Shown: positions 24,301 through 36,309 of the stretch, piece by piece
How positions within the stretch are numbered: position 1 is the stretch's first letter
Layout of the letters: each line of letters begins with the position of its first letter
DNA from: Heterodontus francisci
Taxonomy: Eukaryota
Assembly (NCBI RefSeq): GCF_036365525.1
Contig: NC_090410.1
Location: 12,072,062-12,136,061, forward strand
Length of the DNA stretch: 64,000 nucleotides
Direction: 5' to 3'
The notes under the pieces: generated by a model
The model's database searches: none
The model's input: the letters and a program-made list of their open reading frames with translations, nothing else
Told to the model about the DNA's origin: nothing
Translations under genes and position numbers: made by a program

Positions 24301-24935
24301 GCACGTAATTAGGAAAGCTAATAGAATGTTGTTTATCGCAAGGGGAATTGAATACAAAAGTAGGGAGGTTATGCTTCAGCTATACAGGGCATTGGTGAGA
24401 CCACATCTGGAGTACTGTGTACAGTATTGGTCTCCTTATTTAAGAAAGGATGTAAATGCGTTGGAGGCAGTACAAAGAAGTTTACTAGACTAATCCCTGG
24501 AATGGGCAGACTGTTTTACGAGGAAAGATAGGACAGGCTATGCTTGTATCTGCTGGAATTTAGAAGAGTAAGAGGCAACTTAATTGAAACATATAAGATC
24601 CCGAGGTGTCTTGACAGGGTGGATGTGGAAAGAATGTTTCCCCTTGTGGGAGAATCTAGAACTATTTAAAAATAAGGGGTCACCCACTTAAGACTGAGAT
24701 GGAGAAATTTTTTCTCTCAGTGGAACACTGAGTGGAATTCTCTTCCTCAAAAGGCGGTGGAAGCAGAGTCTTTGAATATTTTTAAGGCAGAGGTAGATAA
24801 ATTCTTGATAAGCAAGGGGATGGAAGGTTATCGGGGTTAAGTGGAAATGTGAGTAATCAGTTCAGCCATGAACTTATTGAAGGCGGAGCAGGCTCAAAAG
24901 GCCGAGTGGCCTACTCCTCCTAATTCGTATGTTAT
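21340..24935 (+). mobile_element. Near full-length CR1 LINE of another subfamily (5'UTR, ORF1, RT, 3' tail) with endonuclease region deleted
   Basis: ORF 22074..22310 (CHGCSMW..HICSKC Zn finger), 22525..22986 (VHVSTNDIG..DDLHLN), 23169-24493 RT motifs (PQGSVLGP, FADDTK). Confidence 0.9.
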
Positions 24936-25021
24936 CAGGCAGTGTATTCCAAATCCTAATCATTCACTGCATTAAAAAAAGTTTTTCCCCTTCTTGCCTC
25001 TAGTACTTTTGCCAATCAACT

Positions 25022-25029
25022 TGTGTCAG

Positions 25030-25066
<37 letters not shown>

Positions 25067-25457
25067 CAGATCCTGGGTTCAAGTCTCACTCCAGGCTTTG
25101 AGCACAAAAATCAAGGCTGACAGTCCAAAGCAGCACTGTCAGAGGCGCTGTCTTATGGATGAGATGTTAAGCCGAGGCCCCATCTGCTTACACAGATGGA
25201 TGTAAAAGATCCAATAGCACTATTCTGAAGAAGAGCAGGGGCGTTATCCCAAGTATCCTGGCCAATATGTATCACTCAATCAACATCACAAAAACAGGTT
25301 ACTTGGTCATTATCACATTGCTGTTTGTGGGAGCTTGCTGTGCACATGCTGGCTGCTGCATTTTCTACATTGCAGCAGTTACTACACAGGTACGCCATTG
25401 GCTAGAAAGTGCCTTGAGGTGTCTGGTGTTCGTGAACGGTGATATATAAATGCAATT
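25022..25457 (+). mobile_element. Full-length DeuSINE copy
   Basis: tRNA head GTGGCTCAGTGGGTAGCAC...GGTTCAAGTCT, Deu core, tail ATATAAATGCAA. Confidence 0.82.
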
Positions 25458-25884
25458 TTTAAAAAATCTGTGCCCTCTGGTTTTTGATCTTTCAGCCATT
25501 GGAAGCAGTTTTTCTTTATTTCTCGATCTAAGCCCTTCATGATTTTAAACATCTCTATCAAATCTCCACTTCACCTTTTCTGCTCTAAGGCAAATAACCC
25601 CAGCTTTTCCAGTCTTCCATATAACTGTATTCCCTTATCCCTAGAACCATTCTAGTCAATCTCTTGTACTGTCTACAAAGCCTTCACATCTTTCTAAAGT
25701 GGGGGTGCCAGAATTGGACACAATAGTCCAGCTGGAGGACAAACTCTACCCAAAGTATCTGATCCCTGGTTCCTCTAACAGCCAGTTCTACTGTATAAAA
25801 CATTAACATAGAACAGCAGAGACCAGTTGCAGCACCGACATCTCTCTCTAATACAGCACTGGAAGCTACGTCTAAGCCAAACAA

Positions 25885-26172
25885 ACCAGAATTAGGATTG
25901 TATTCCCTGGAATTTAGAAGATTAAGAGGTGATTTAATTGAAGTTTATAAAGTATTACAGGGAACAGATAGGGTAGATAGAGAGAAACTATTTCCGCTGA
26001 CTGGGGAGTCCAGGACGAGGGCGCATAGTCTAAAAGTTAGAGCCAGACCTTTCAGGAGTGAAATTAGGAAATACTTCTACACACAAAGGGTGGTACAGGT
26101 TTGGAACTCTTCTGCAGTGAATAGTAGAACAGGCTCAGGGGGCTAAATAGCTTAAACCTGTTTCTACGTTCC
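25885..26172 (+). mobile_element. CR1 3' fragment (a minus-strand CR1 fragment lies at about 25465-25740)
   Basis: ORF 25898..26146 LEFRRLRGDLIEVYK...FYTQRVVQVWNS. Confidence 0.8.
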
Positions 26173-26859
26173 TGGAGATGTCGGGATTGATTTCCAGTCT
26201 GTGCTCAGTTACTGACCTGACTGAGAGTGACTATATTTGCACTGTTAATTTTTATCATCCCCCTCCCCTGCCAAGGGTGCTAACTTGGAAAAAGGTACAT
26301 TTCTATAGAGACTAAGCTCCCTTGAGTACCTTTCCCAATTAACCATTCTTCTGTCGTGATCCTGAATAGTGAATATCAGTAGACTATTTGACTATGGAGG
26401 GATTTACAGCCACGTTCAACCTGAAGTCCCTACACTTGCACCTTCCAACTGATCAAGGACATTGAGGCCCTGTAGCATAAGCTAAGACCATTTCTACAGG
26501 AGGGATACTTGGCAGGTGCTAACTGCAACTTGTATCACCCCCAACTGACTCTCAGTGAGTGATCAACTCCCTGATGTGATCCTAGGCCAGACCACCAAAT
26601 GCCCACTGGCACTAATTGGGCAAATGCCTTTAGTCAGTCAACAAGGGAATACAGTTTGCATGAGTGCCATCCCCTTGTTCTGTGATAGAAACAAGCAAAA
26701 CATTTATACTGATCATTTCTACAACCAGTTACTAAATACTTAAGCAGAGTAAATGATCAAAAGGCTGAAACAGCAGTGGATTTTCAAGTAGCGCTAAGTG
26801 AACCGCAGGGAGTGAGAGCGCAAACCAGGAGAAACCCTTCACTGTCTTATTGCAACTGT

Positions 26860-26865
26860 TTTATT
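26860..26865 (-). terminator. Candidate ACTMAP polyadenylation signal
   Basis: TTTATT on + (AATAAA on -) about 625 nt downstream of the stop codon. Confidence 0.5.
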
Positions 26866-27084
26866 GGTGTAACTGGCTCTGAGCTGGATCAAAAGTGCGT
26901 GTGTGGCGGTGACCTGCGCAGGAGCAGTTTGACAAGTTGAATAACTGGGACAATATCCTTCCAACAGATCAGCACGTTGCCCTTTCGTCCAAATATGGGG
27001 CCTGTGTACAGGTTACGGCAAATTCAATTCTAAACGTATGCTTCCCCGGGATGGAGCTAGTTAAGTCAATGATGGTTTATCAGC

Positions 27085-27445
27085 TCCACTTCACATAATC
27101 CAGGCTGGCTGACAGACACTCTAGTGCAGTGCTGCACTATTGGAGGTGCTGCCTTTCGGATGCAATGTTAAACAGAGTCTGCACTCAGGTGGACATTAAA
27201 GATCCAATGGCACTATTGTGAAGAGCAGGGGAGTTGTCCCTCATGTCCTGGTCAATATTTATCTCTCAACCATTATGACTAAAACAGATGATCTGATCAC
27301 TATCTCATTATTGTTTACAGGAGCTTTCTGTGTGCAAAAAGGGCTGTCCTGTTTCCTACTTTACAACCGTTCCAAAGAATTGTACTTTGAAGAACTTTGG
27401 TGATGTCCTGAGGTCTTGAAAGGTGCTATTTAATTGAATGTTCTT
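27085..27445 (+). mobile_element. DeuSINE copy lying antisense in the presumed ACTMAP 3'UTR
   Basis: Deu core CAGGTGGACATTAAAGATCCAATGGCACTATTG..AAGAGCAGGGG. Confidence 0.75.
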
Positions 27446-27490
27446 TTACAAAGTCAATGCTAGAGGAAGCAGCTAACTTTCGATTTGTTA

Positions 27491-27813
27491 CTAAGACAAC
27501 GGTTGCAGAAGAATCACAGCCCCACACAACCCTGACTCCACGCCCCCATCAGGAACAACATAGACTGTTCCGTCATACTCTCGCTTTGGGCTAAACTCCG
27601 TCAGCTGTACATTGCTCTCGTGCACTCGCTCATACTGCCACAGCTGGTATTTCAGGCTCTTCCCTTGCTTCGCCAGCAGGTGAGTCTCGACAACGCAGTC
27701 CTCAGGGTAGCTGGCTCCAGGTACGTCTGCACGCAGCTGGAAGAGCCCAGGAATATCGGGATCTTCTTCATAGAAATCCTCTGGCAGTCCACACTTCAGT
27801 CCAAGCAGCACTC
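27491..27813 (-). CDS. ACTMAP: ACTMAP (actin maturation protease, C19orf54/UPF0692) last coding exon
   Basis: atgcag acceptor; GVLLG..EDPDIPGLF..LLAKQGKSLKYQLWQYERVHESNVQLTEFSP..YVVPDGGVESGLCG..*. Confidence 0.92.
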
Positions 27814-28205
27814 CTGCATAGCAATCAGAAACAGTATCTAAGCTGATAAATGGCCAGCAAGCACAGGGTATCAACCTATTCACATAAACATTTTGAGTGT
27901 GCACATCATACTCAAAAGGTGCCACAACCATACTGAGTTCGACACAGCCATTTACAAGCATATAGCAATCTGTAAACTAGCCAAAGCAAAATGGATTAAC
28001 CTTGGGGCCTATTTAGATCACCTCTACACAGTGAGAGTACATGAGCATTGGTCTTAAAGTAACAGGCCAGGTTTGCCAAGAAACATTGAAAGGGGGTAAA
28101 TCTAGAATTAAAACCCCAACTGATTCTATGATGCCTTCCTTAATCTGCTGTCCTTACCGGTCTGGCCTATATATGACTCCAGTTCCACAACCCTAACAAA
28201 CTCTT

Positions 28206-28924
28206 ACATAGAACATTACAGCGCAGTACAGGCCCTTCGGCCCTCGATGTTGCGCCGACCTGTGAAACCATCTGACCTACACTATTCCATTTTCATCCAT
28301 ATGTCTATCCAATGACCACTTAAATGCCCTTAAAGTTGGAGAGTCTATTACTGTTGCAGGCAGGGCGTTCCACGCCCCTACTACTCTCTGAGTAAAGAAA
28401 CTACCTCTCACATCTGTCCTCTATCTATCACCCCTCAACTTAAAGCTATGTCCCCTCGTGTTTGCCATCACCATCCGAGGAAAAAGACTCTCACTATCCA
28501 CCCTATCTAACCCTCTGATTATCTTATATGTCTCTATTAAGTCACCTCTCCTCCTCCTTCTCTCCAACGAAAACAACCTCAAGTCCCTCAGCCTTTCCTC
28601 GTAAGATCTTCCCTCCATACCAGGCAACATCCTAGTAAATCTCCTCTGCACCCTTTCCAAAGCTTCCACATCCTTCCTATAATGCGGTGACCAGAACTGC
28701 ACGCAATACTCCAGGTGCGGCCGCACCAGAGTTTTGTACAGCTGCAGCATGACCTCGTGGCTCCGAAACTCGATCCCCCTACTAATAAAAGCTAACACAT
28801 CATATGCCTTCTTAACAGCCCTATTAACCTGGGTGGCAACTTTCAGGGATTTATGTACCTGGACACCAAGATCTCTCTGCTCATCTACACTACCAAGAAT
28901 CTTCCCATTAGCCCAGTACTCTGC
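28206..28924 (-). mobile_element. CR1 (HER1-like) 3' end, young
   Basis: ORF 28421..28798 ([19 protein letters not shown]) and GGGCCGAAGGGCCTGTACTG tail. Confidence 0.9.
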
Positions 28925-29836
28925 AGAGTTGTATTAAATTGCTACTCGAGAGCAATTGGGGTTGAGCAGTAATTGACCGTGATGTCCACTGAGATTTTTT
29001 TTTAAATAGTTTTAGACTACAGGGGATTTGCTACAGATATTAAATATTTTGAACACATTCCTCACAATTCAACACATGAAACTTGTGTTTAAGCTGTGGG
29101 TCAGTTTAAATTCGACTCCAGAGATGAGCATAGTGCTGTACTGTCGAGAGGTGTTGTCTTGTGGATGAGACGTTAAACTGAGGCCCCCCTCAGGTCGGTG
29201 ATGCTATTGGAGGAACAGCAGGTGTGTTCTCGATGTCCTAGTGAACACTTATTCCTCAACCAACAACATTACGCAGGTGGGGGTGGGGGGGGGGAAGCTT
29301 GGCCAATCAGGTGACTTTTAAGGAGGGGCTTGAGTGAAATGCAAAGGTACAGGGCTTTAGGGAGGGAATTCCAGAGCGATTGATCCAGACAGCAGAAGGC
29401 ACAGCTGTCAATGGTGGGGCAAAGGGAAGGGAGATATGTGAAGAGGCCAGAGTCGGAAGAACAATAGAGTTTGGAGGTCATGTTGGCCTGTTAGGTTAGA
29501 GAGATAGTGAGAGACAAGGCCATGAAGCCAGTCTTTTCCTGATGCTTTCGACTGAACTGTAACCTCCAGAAGACAGACAAATGAGATCCTGTGGCCTGAA
29601 AAGGAGATACTACATAATACACAAACCCACCTTTGCAGCAGAATAATACATGGCTTGACCAACCACGTAATGTTAGTGTGTCGTGACTTAGTGTGAGCAA
29701 TTCCACAGGACAGCCACTGACTTAGACTTTATATACAGCAGAGCTATGTTATGGAGGTGGGGGGTGAGGGCAGGCAGTGATATAATGACAGATATAGCCT
29801 CTATATACAAAGATCCACATAGTCTTCAGCTCCCAC

Positions 29837-29907
29837 CTGAAACTACTGCCCAGTGAGCTCTGTGCCCTTTCCGCAGGCAGGGCTCATGGTTGAAATCTTC
29901 GTCATAC
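29837..29907 (-). CDS. ACTMAP: ACTMAP coding exon 5
   Basis: YDEDFNHEPCLRKGHRAHWAVVS; preceded by U12-type acceptor, followed by gtggga donor; phases 2/1 fit. Confidence 0.92.
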
Positions 29908-30717
29908 CTTCTTGTAATTAAGGAGTTGCCTCAATTTATTGTAAACTAGGCCATTAGTGATGTGCTCCCTCTAGCCCAGGCTTGCCGAGGCCAACCAAGC
30001 ATGTCACCTGCTGCCTCAGGTAGCTCGGCACAGATCAGTGATTTAACCTTGAGCATAAGGCCTGCTTGACTCAGTACCATGCTGAGCTGTTGGGTGGAGC
30101 TGACTTTCCCATTAAACCATCAGGGGAGTTGCAGGTGTGGGACTGAATCTACAGACTAGGACGGTCCTAGTTCCGTCCCCAATCTGTGCTGTTCCAGCTC
30201 AAGCACCAGTAGGGACTCCTACAGTTGGCCTCCATGCCCTGGGTTATTGAGAAGGGAAATCAGTCAGAGTTCCAGGCCCTCCTCCTGCTCACTGCCCGGT
30301 GACCTCTAGGTTAGAGAGAAGAGAAATCAGCCAGAGTTCCAGGCCCTGATCACTATCAAAGATCCCTTGGTTCGAGAAAAGGGAACAGCCAGGGTTCTTG
30401 CTTCCAATCGCTGTTCAGTCTAGGAAAGCACACAGCTGTGGATAATGGCTGCAGCCAGGGTCAGGCTTAGCAATGGCACGCACATCTTAGAGGAGACTAC
30501 ATGTAGAATGGGCACTTGGGTAGGGTACAGGAGGACAGCCAGTGCCCAAGGAACTATATCCAGTCCATCAGCTTCCTCGGAGGTAGAGGTTGGGAATTAG
30601 AAGAAGGTTCTGTGATTCTGGGTGCTGCTATAAGCCTGTGCTTGCACAGTCACTGATTTTCAGCCTGCTCTGTACAGGCAGTGGCTATCTTGAATGTCAA
30701 TGTAATTGTAAGGATAC
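29908..30717 (-). other. U12-type (minor spliceosome) GT-AG intron of ACTMAP
   Basis: Donor GTATCCTTAC at 30717; branch site TCCTTAAT (29924-29917) ending 9 nt before the exon; no polypyrimidine tract. Confidence 0.9.
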
Positions 30718-30847
30718 GGTATCAATACAGGATAACCAGCCAGCAGGTGGTGCATTATTCTGGCTTTGTTACTTCCCATTAAGCCTTCATTGAGGAGTTC
30801 ACCATGACATTGAAAAACTTCCTCTGCCAGTTTCACCATATTAGCAC
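30718..30847 (-). CDS. ACTMAP: ACTMAP coding exon 4
   Basis: ttgcag acceptor; ANMVKLAEEVFQCHGELLNEGLMGSNKARIMHHLLAGYPVLIP. Confidence 0.9.
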
Positions 30848-30865
30848 CTGCAATCAGAAGAAAAA

Positions 30866-31325
30866 AGTACTTGTATTTATATAGCGCCTTTCACAACATC
30901 GGGATATCCCAAAATGATTTAAAGCCAATTAAATACTTTTGAACTGTAATCACTATATCAATGTAGGAAATCTTTCAGCCAATTTGGGTGCAGCAAGGGC
31001 AACGAACAGCAATGCAATAATGACCAGACAATCTGTTTTAGTGATGTTGGTTGAGGGATGAGCATTGAACAGGGCACTGGGGAGAAGTCCCCTGCTCCTG
31101 TTCGAATACTGCCGTGGGATCTTTTAATTTTTTACATCCACCTGAAAGAGCAGTTGGGTCCTCGGTTTAATGTCTCATCTGAAAGATGACACCTCCCACC
31201 ATACAGAACTCCCTCAGTACTGCACTGAAATGCCATCCTAGATTTTGTGCTCAAATCTCTGAAGTAGGGACCCATGACCTTCTGACTCAAGCACAAGTGC
31301 TATCAGCTGAGCCACCGCTGACACA
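30866..31325 (-). mobile_element. Full-length DeuSINE filling most of an ACTMAP intron
   Basis: Reverse complement of head, Deu core and tail AAGGCGCTATATAAATACAAG. Confidence 0.82.
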
Positions 31326-31433
31326 GAAAGTAAGGAAAATATCACAAAAAAGAGAGGATAAATCAGATAATAACACAGACTATTTGAAGGAGCAGAGTCA
31401 GGAGATATCTCACTGTTGTGCGTAGAAAGATAC

Positions 31434-31558
31434 CTGAGAACATTTCTCCCTGAACAGTGTAACCTCTGGCCTTTGCACAGCCCACAATCTCTTCCAGACC
31501 CGTCACCTCACACGCATTCAGCAAATGTCCGGCCATCCAGAGAGCAACGAGTCCACAC
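31434..31558 (-). CDS. ACTMAP: ACTMAP coding exon 3 (catalytic Cys motif)
   Basis: tttcag acceptor; (Q)CGLVALWMAG...GYTVQGEMFS. Confidence 0.94.
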
Positions 31559-31602
31559 CTGAAATACAAGAAAACACAAGGAGAGCCAGTGGTTGAGAAA
31601 GA

Positions 31603-31937
31603 GGCGCAGTGGTTAACACCGCAGCCTCACAGCTCCAGCGACCCAGGTTCAATTCTGGGTACTGCCTGTGTGGAGTTTGCAAGTTCTCCCTGTGTCTGTG
31701 TGGGTTTCCTCCAGGTGCTCCAGTTTCCTCCCACAGCCAAAAGACTTGCAGGTTGATAGGTAAATTGGCCATTATAAATTGCCCCTAGTATAGGTAGGTG
31801 GTAGGGGAATATAGGGACAGGTGAGGATGTGGTAGGAATATGGGATTAATGTAGGATTAGTATAAATGAGTGGTTAATGGTCGGCACAGACTCGGTGGGC
31901 CGAAGGGCCTGTTTCAGTGCTGTATCTCTAAACTAAA
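31603..31937 (+). mobile_element. HE1-like V-SINE
   Basis: Near-identical to copies at 17299, 39182 and 39899. Confidence 0.9.
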
Positions 31938-32159
31938 GATGGAGGGGTGCTGTTTACAGATGGGGTGTAGTCCACAGACAGGATGACGTCTAGATGGGTA
32001 ATTTATCCATTATTCCATCAGAGAAGCCCCTCATGTTGAAATTTCATCCAACAGGAGTGAGTGGAAAGGCATTTGGGAACTGTTGGATTACATTCAGAGA
32101 GAAAGGCTCATCTTTATAAGACTTATCGCAGTTCAAAGCACACCGTGTCAAATGAATTA

Positions 32160-32510
32160 CTTTGAAGGCAGTCACTGTTGTTATGTTGGTGAACACAATG
32201 GCAATTTTGTGAACAGTGCAGTCCCAAATGAGATGAATGGATACTCAGTCTGCAGTGGTTGAAGTTTGAATATTGGCCAGAACGCTGGGGAAAGTCGCAG
32301 CTCTTCCAATAGTGCCTTGATTTCCTTGAACAGTGATCTGGACAGGAAGACACGTTAAATTCTTATCCGAAGCATGGCACAGCCTCTCCGAAAGTGCAGC
32401 ACTCCCTCAGTACTGCACTGGTTTGTCAGGCTAAATAATATGTTCATGTGTCTGAGCTGGGGTTTGAACCCACAACCTCCTGACTTCAACGCACCAGTGA
32501 TACTAACTGA
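32160..32510 (-). mobile_element. Degenerate DeuSINE
   Basis: GTGCAGCACTCCCTCAGTACTGCACTG and other Deu blocks in reverse. Confidence 0.65.
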
Positions 32511-32532
32511 GCTCAAAGTGACAGGTTACTTT

Positions 32533-32745
32533 AATACAAAAGCAAAATACTGCAGAAACTGGGAAATGGAAATATGCTGGAAACACTTAATCAGGCAGCA
32601 TCTGTGGAGAAAGAAACAAAGTTAATGTTTCAGGGCGATCATCTGTGTTCTGATGAAAGGTCATTGACCTGAAACATTCACTCTGTTTCTCTCTCTCACA
32701 AATGCTGCCACACCTGCTGAATTTTTCGAGCATTTTCTGTGTTTA
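32533..32745. mobile_element. Older Penelope-like palindromic short element with canonical hammerhead core
   Basis: Imperfect inverted arms of the 18981 family; CTGATGA (32650-32656) A AGGTC ATT GACCT GAAAC ATT. Confidence 0.72.
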
Positions 32746-32789
32746 TGACTGTTATAATTTGATGTAAAATAACAGAATTGGATACTCAC

Positions 32790-32858
32790 TGTGGACCATC
32801 CTGGATCAGGGAGGGGACATATCTATTAATAAGGAGCCACTTCAATTCTTTACTGAAA
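32790..32858 (-). CDS. ACTMAP: ACTMAP coding exon 2
   Basis: atccag/gtgagt; FSKELKWLLINRYVPSLIQDGPQ. Confidence 0.92.
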
Positions 32859-32939
32859 CTGGATAAAAACAAAGATAATCAGAAAAATTCTGTCATTGGA
32901 GACGCATCTATCATGTTACAGTAGGCTGGCTTCTGATAT

Positions 32940-33660
32940 TAACCTATAATAGCACACAGGTATTCTGTTAACCAGTAACACCACACAGGGGTGCACTGTT
33001 AATCTGTAACACCACACAGGGGTGCACTGTTAATCTGTAACACCACACAGGGGTGCACTGTTAACCTGTAACACCACACAGGGGTGCACTGTTAATCTGT
33101 AACACCACACAAGCGTGCACTGTTAACCTGTAACACCACACAAGCGTGCACTGTTAACCTGTAACACCACACAGGGGTGCACTGTTCATCTGTAATACCA
33201 CACAAGGGTGCACTGATAATCTGTAACACCACACAGAGATGCACTGTTAACCTGTAACACCACACAGGGGTGCACTGTTAACCTGTAACACCACACAGGG
33301 GTGCACTGTTAATCTGTAATACCACACAGAGGTGCACTGTTAATCTGTAACACCACACAGGGGTGCACTGTTAATCTGTAATACCACACAGAGGTGCACT
33401 GTTAATCTGTAATACCACACAAGGGTGCACTGTTAATCTGTAACACCACACAGAGGTGCACTGTTAACCTGTAACACCACACAGAGGTGCACTGTTAATC
33501 TGTAACACCACACAGGGGTGCACTGTTAACCTGCAATACCAAACGGGTGTTCTGTTAATCTGTGATAGCACACAGGGGAATGCTGTTAACCTGTGATAAC
33601 ACACAGGGGTGCCTTGTTAATCTAAAAAAAAACTGGGACGCACTATTAACCTGTGATAAT
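32940..33660. repeat. 31-bp minisatellite (about 23 copies)
   Basis: Unit ACCACACAGGGGTGCACTGTTAATCTGTAAC. Confidence 0.95.
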
Positions 33661-35725
33661 CATAGAATGGTTACATTGCAGAAGGAGTCCATTCGGCCTG
33701 ACAGTTCTATGCTGGCTCTCTGAAGGAGCAAATCACCAAGTGCCACTCCCCCACCTTTTCCCCATAGCCATGCACGTTCTTCCTTTTCAAATAATAATCC
33801 AATTCCCTCTCGAATGCCTCGATTGAACCCGTCCCTACCACTCACTGCAATGAAAAAGTTTTTCCTCATGTCGCCTTTGCTTCTTTTGCCAATCTGTGTC
33901 CTCTGGTTCTCGATCCTTCCACCAATGGGAACCGTTCCTCCCTACCTACTCTGTCCAGACCCCTCATGATTTTGAATACCTCTATCAAATCTCCTCAGCC
34001 TTCTCTCCTCCAAGGAAAACAGGCCCAACTTCTCCAATCTATCTTCATAACTGAAGTTCCTCATCATAGAATCATAGAAAGTTTAAGGCACAGAAAGAGG
34101 CCACTTGGCCCATCATATCTGTGCCAGCTGACAAACGATCCACCTATTCTAATTCCACCTTCCAGCATTTGGTCTGTAGCTTACAGCACTTGAGGTGCAT
34201 ATCCAGACTCCTTTTGAATGAGTTGAGGGTCTCTGCCTCAACTACCCTTTCAGGCAGTGAGTTCCAGACCATAACCACCCTCTGGGTGAAAAAGTTTTTC
34301 CTCTCCTCCCCTCTAAATTTTCTACCAATCACTTTAAATCTGTGCCCCCTCGTCACTGACCTCTCTGCTAAGCTGAATAGACCCTACACCTCCACTCTAT
34401 CCAGGCCCCACAAAATTTTGTGCATTTCAATCAGATCTCTCCTCAACCTTCTCTGATCCAAGGAGAACAACCCCAGCCTATCCAATCTTTCCTCATAGCT
34501 GCATTTTTCCATCTGTGGAACCATTCTCATGAATCTCCTCTGTACCCTCTAAAGCCTTCACATCCTTCCTAAAACTAGATGCAATACTCCAGTTGAGGCC
34601 AAACCAGTGTTTTATACAAGTTTAAAATAACTTCCTTGCTTTTGTACTCTATGCCGCTATTGATAGAGCCTAGAATGCTGTATACTTTATTAACCGCATT
34701 ATCAACTTGTCCTGCTACTTTCAATGATTTATGCACATAAACACCAGGTCCCTCTGCTCCTGCACCCCCTTTAGAATTCTACTCTTTATTTTATATTGTC
34801 TCTTTGCGTTCTTTTTACCAAAATGAATCACTTCACACTTCGCTACATTAAATTTCATCTGTCACTTATCCGCCCATTCCACCAACCTGTCTTGTCGTTT
34901 TGAAGTTCTACACTATCTTCTTCACAATTCATACTTCCAAGTTTTGTATTGTTTACAAACTTTGAAATTCTGCCCTGTACACCAAGATCTAGGTCATTAC
35001 TGTATATCAGAAAGAGCAAGGGTCCCAACACTGACCCCTGGGGAACTCCACTACAAACCTTCCTCCATACCAAAAAACATCCATTGACCACTACCCTCTG
35101 TTTCCTGTTACTCAGCCAATTTCATGTCCATGTTGCTACCGTCCCTTTTATTCGATGATCTCTAACTTTGCTCATAAGTCTGTTGGGCAGCACTTTATCA
35201 AATGCCAGCATTACCGTCACCAACCTTCTCTGTAACCTCACCAAAAAACTTAAGCAAGTTAGTTAAACACGATTTGCCTTTAACAAATCCATGCTGGCTT
35301 TCCTTAATTAACCCACATTTGTCCATGTGACGACTAATTTTGTCCCGAATTATCATTTCTGGAAGCTTCCCCACCACTGAGGTTAAACAGACTGGATTGC
35401 AGTTGCTGGGCTTATTTTTACGCCTTTTTTTGAACAAGGGTTTAACATTTGCAATTCTTTAGTCCTCTGACACCAACCTCGAGTCTAAGGAAGTTTCAAA
35501 AATTATGGCCAGTGCCTCTGCAATTTCCACACTCACTTCCCTCACTATCCTTGGATGCATCTCATCCGGTTCTGGTACTTTATCAACTTTTAAGTACAGA
35601 CAGCCTATCCAAAACCCCCTCCTTATCAATTTTAAACCCTTCAAGTATCTGAACTACCTCCTCTTTCACCATGGACTGTGCAGCTTCTTTTTCCGTGGTG
35701 AAGACAAATGCAAGTATTCATTTAA
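33660..35725 (-). mobile_element. Nested CR1 LINE fragments interrupting the 31-bp array
   Basis: Two 3' tails (33660 and about 34064) and RT ORFs 34855..35091, 35198..35437, 35459..35644. Confidence 0.85.
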
Positions 35726-36130
35726 TACCACAGCATGTAATAGTGGACAGGGGTGCACTGTTAATCTGTAACAACGCACCAGGGATGCTTTCACATGTTA
35801 ACAGTGCATCCCGTGGGCTCTTACAGGTTAACAGCCCTCCCCTGTGTATTATCACAGATTAACTGCGCACCAGTGTCTTATTACAGGTTAACAGCGTGCC
35901 CTGTTGGCTCTTACAGGTTAAATACGGCCCTGTGTCTTATCACAGGTTAACAGTTTACCTGTGTCTTATCACAGGTTAAAAATGCATCCTTTTTTCTTAT
36001 CACAGGTTGACAGCACACCCCTGTGTACGATTGCAGGTTAACAGCACACCCCTGTTGGCTCTTACAGATTAACTGTGCGGCCCTGTATCTTATCACAGGT
36101 TAACAGTTTACCCCTGTCTCTTATCACAGG
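35723..36130. repeat. Continuation of the 31-bp minisatellite, then about 10 degenerate copies in inverted orientation
   Basis: Forward unit at 35746-35772; from about 35795 units read ACAGGTTAACAGCACACCCCTGTG (reverse complement). Confidence 0.8.
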
Positions 36131-36309
36131 GATATGGGGCAAAGGCAAGTTTATGGAGTTGGCTCTTGGATCAGCCGTGAACTCAATGAATGTCGGGATT
36201 ACACTGAGCTGCTCTTGTGCATCTCCTACTGATCAGTGTCAGGGTTCAGAGAGAAGCAGTAAGGAAACGGCACTCATTATATTGGCTCACCCTTTCTTGG
36301 ATTGTTTAC

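Noticed and set aside
32940-33660. CRISPR-like array of 31-bp repeats
   Set aside because: Head-to-tail tandem repeat without spacers
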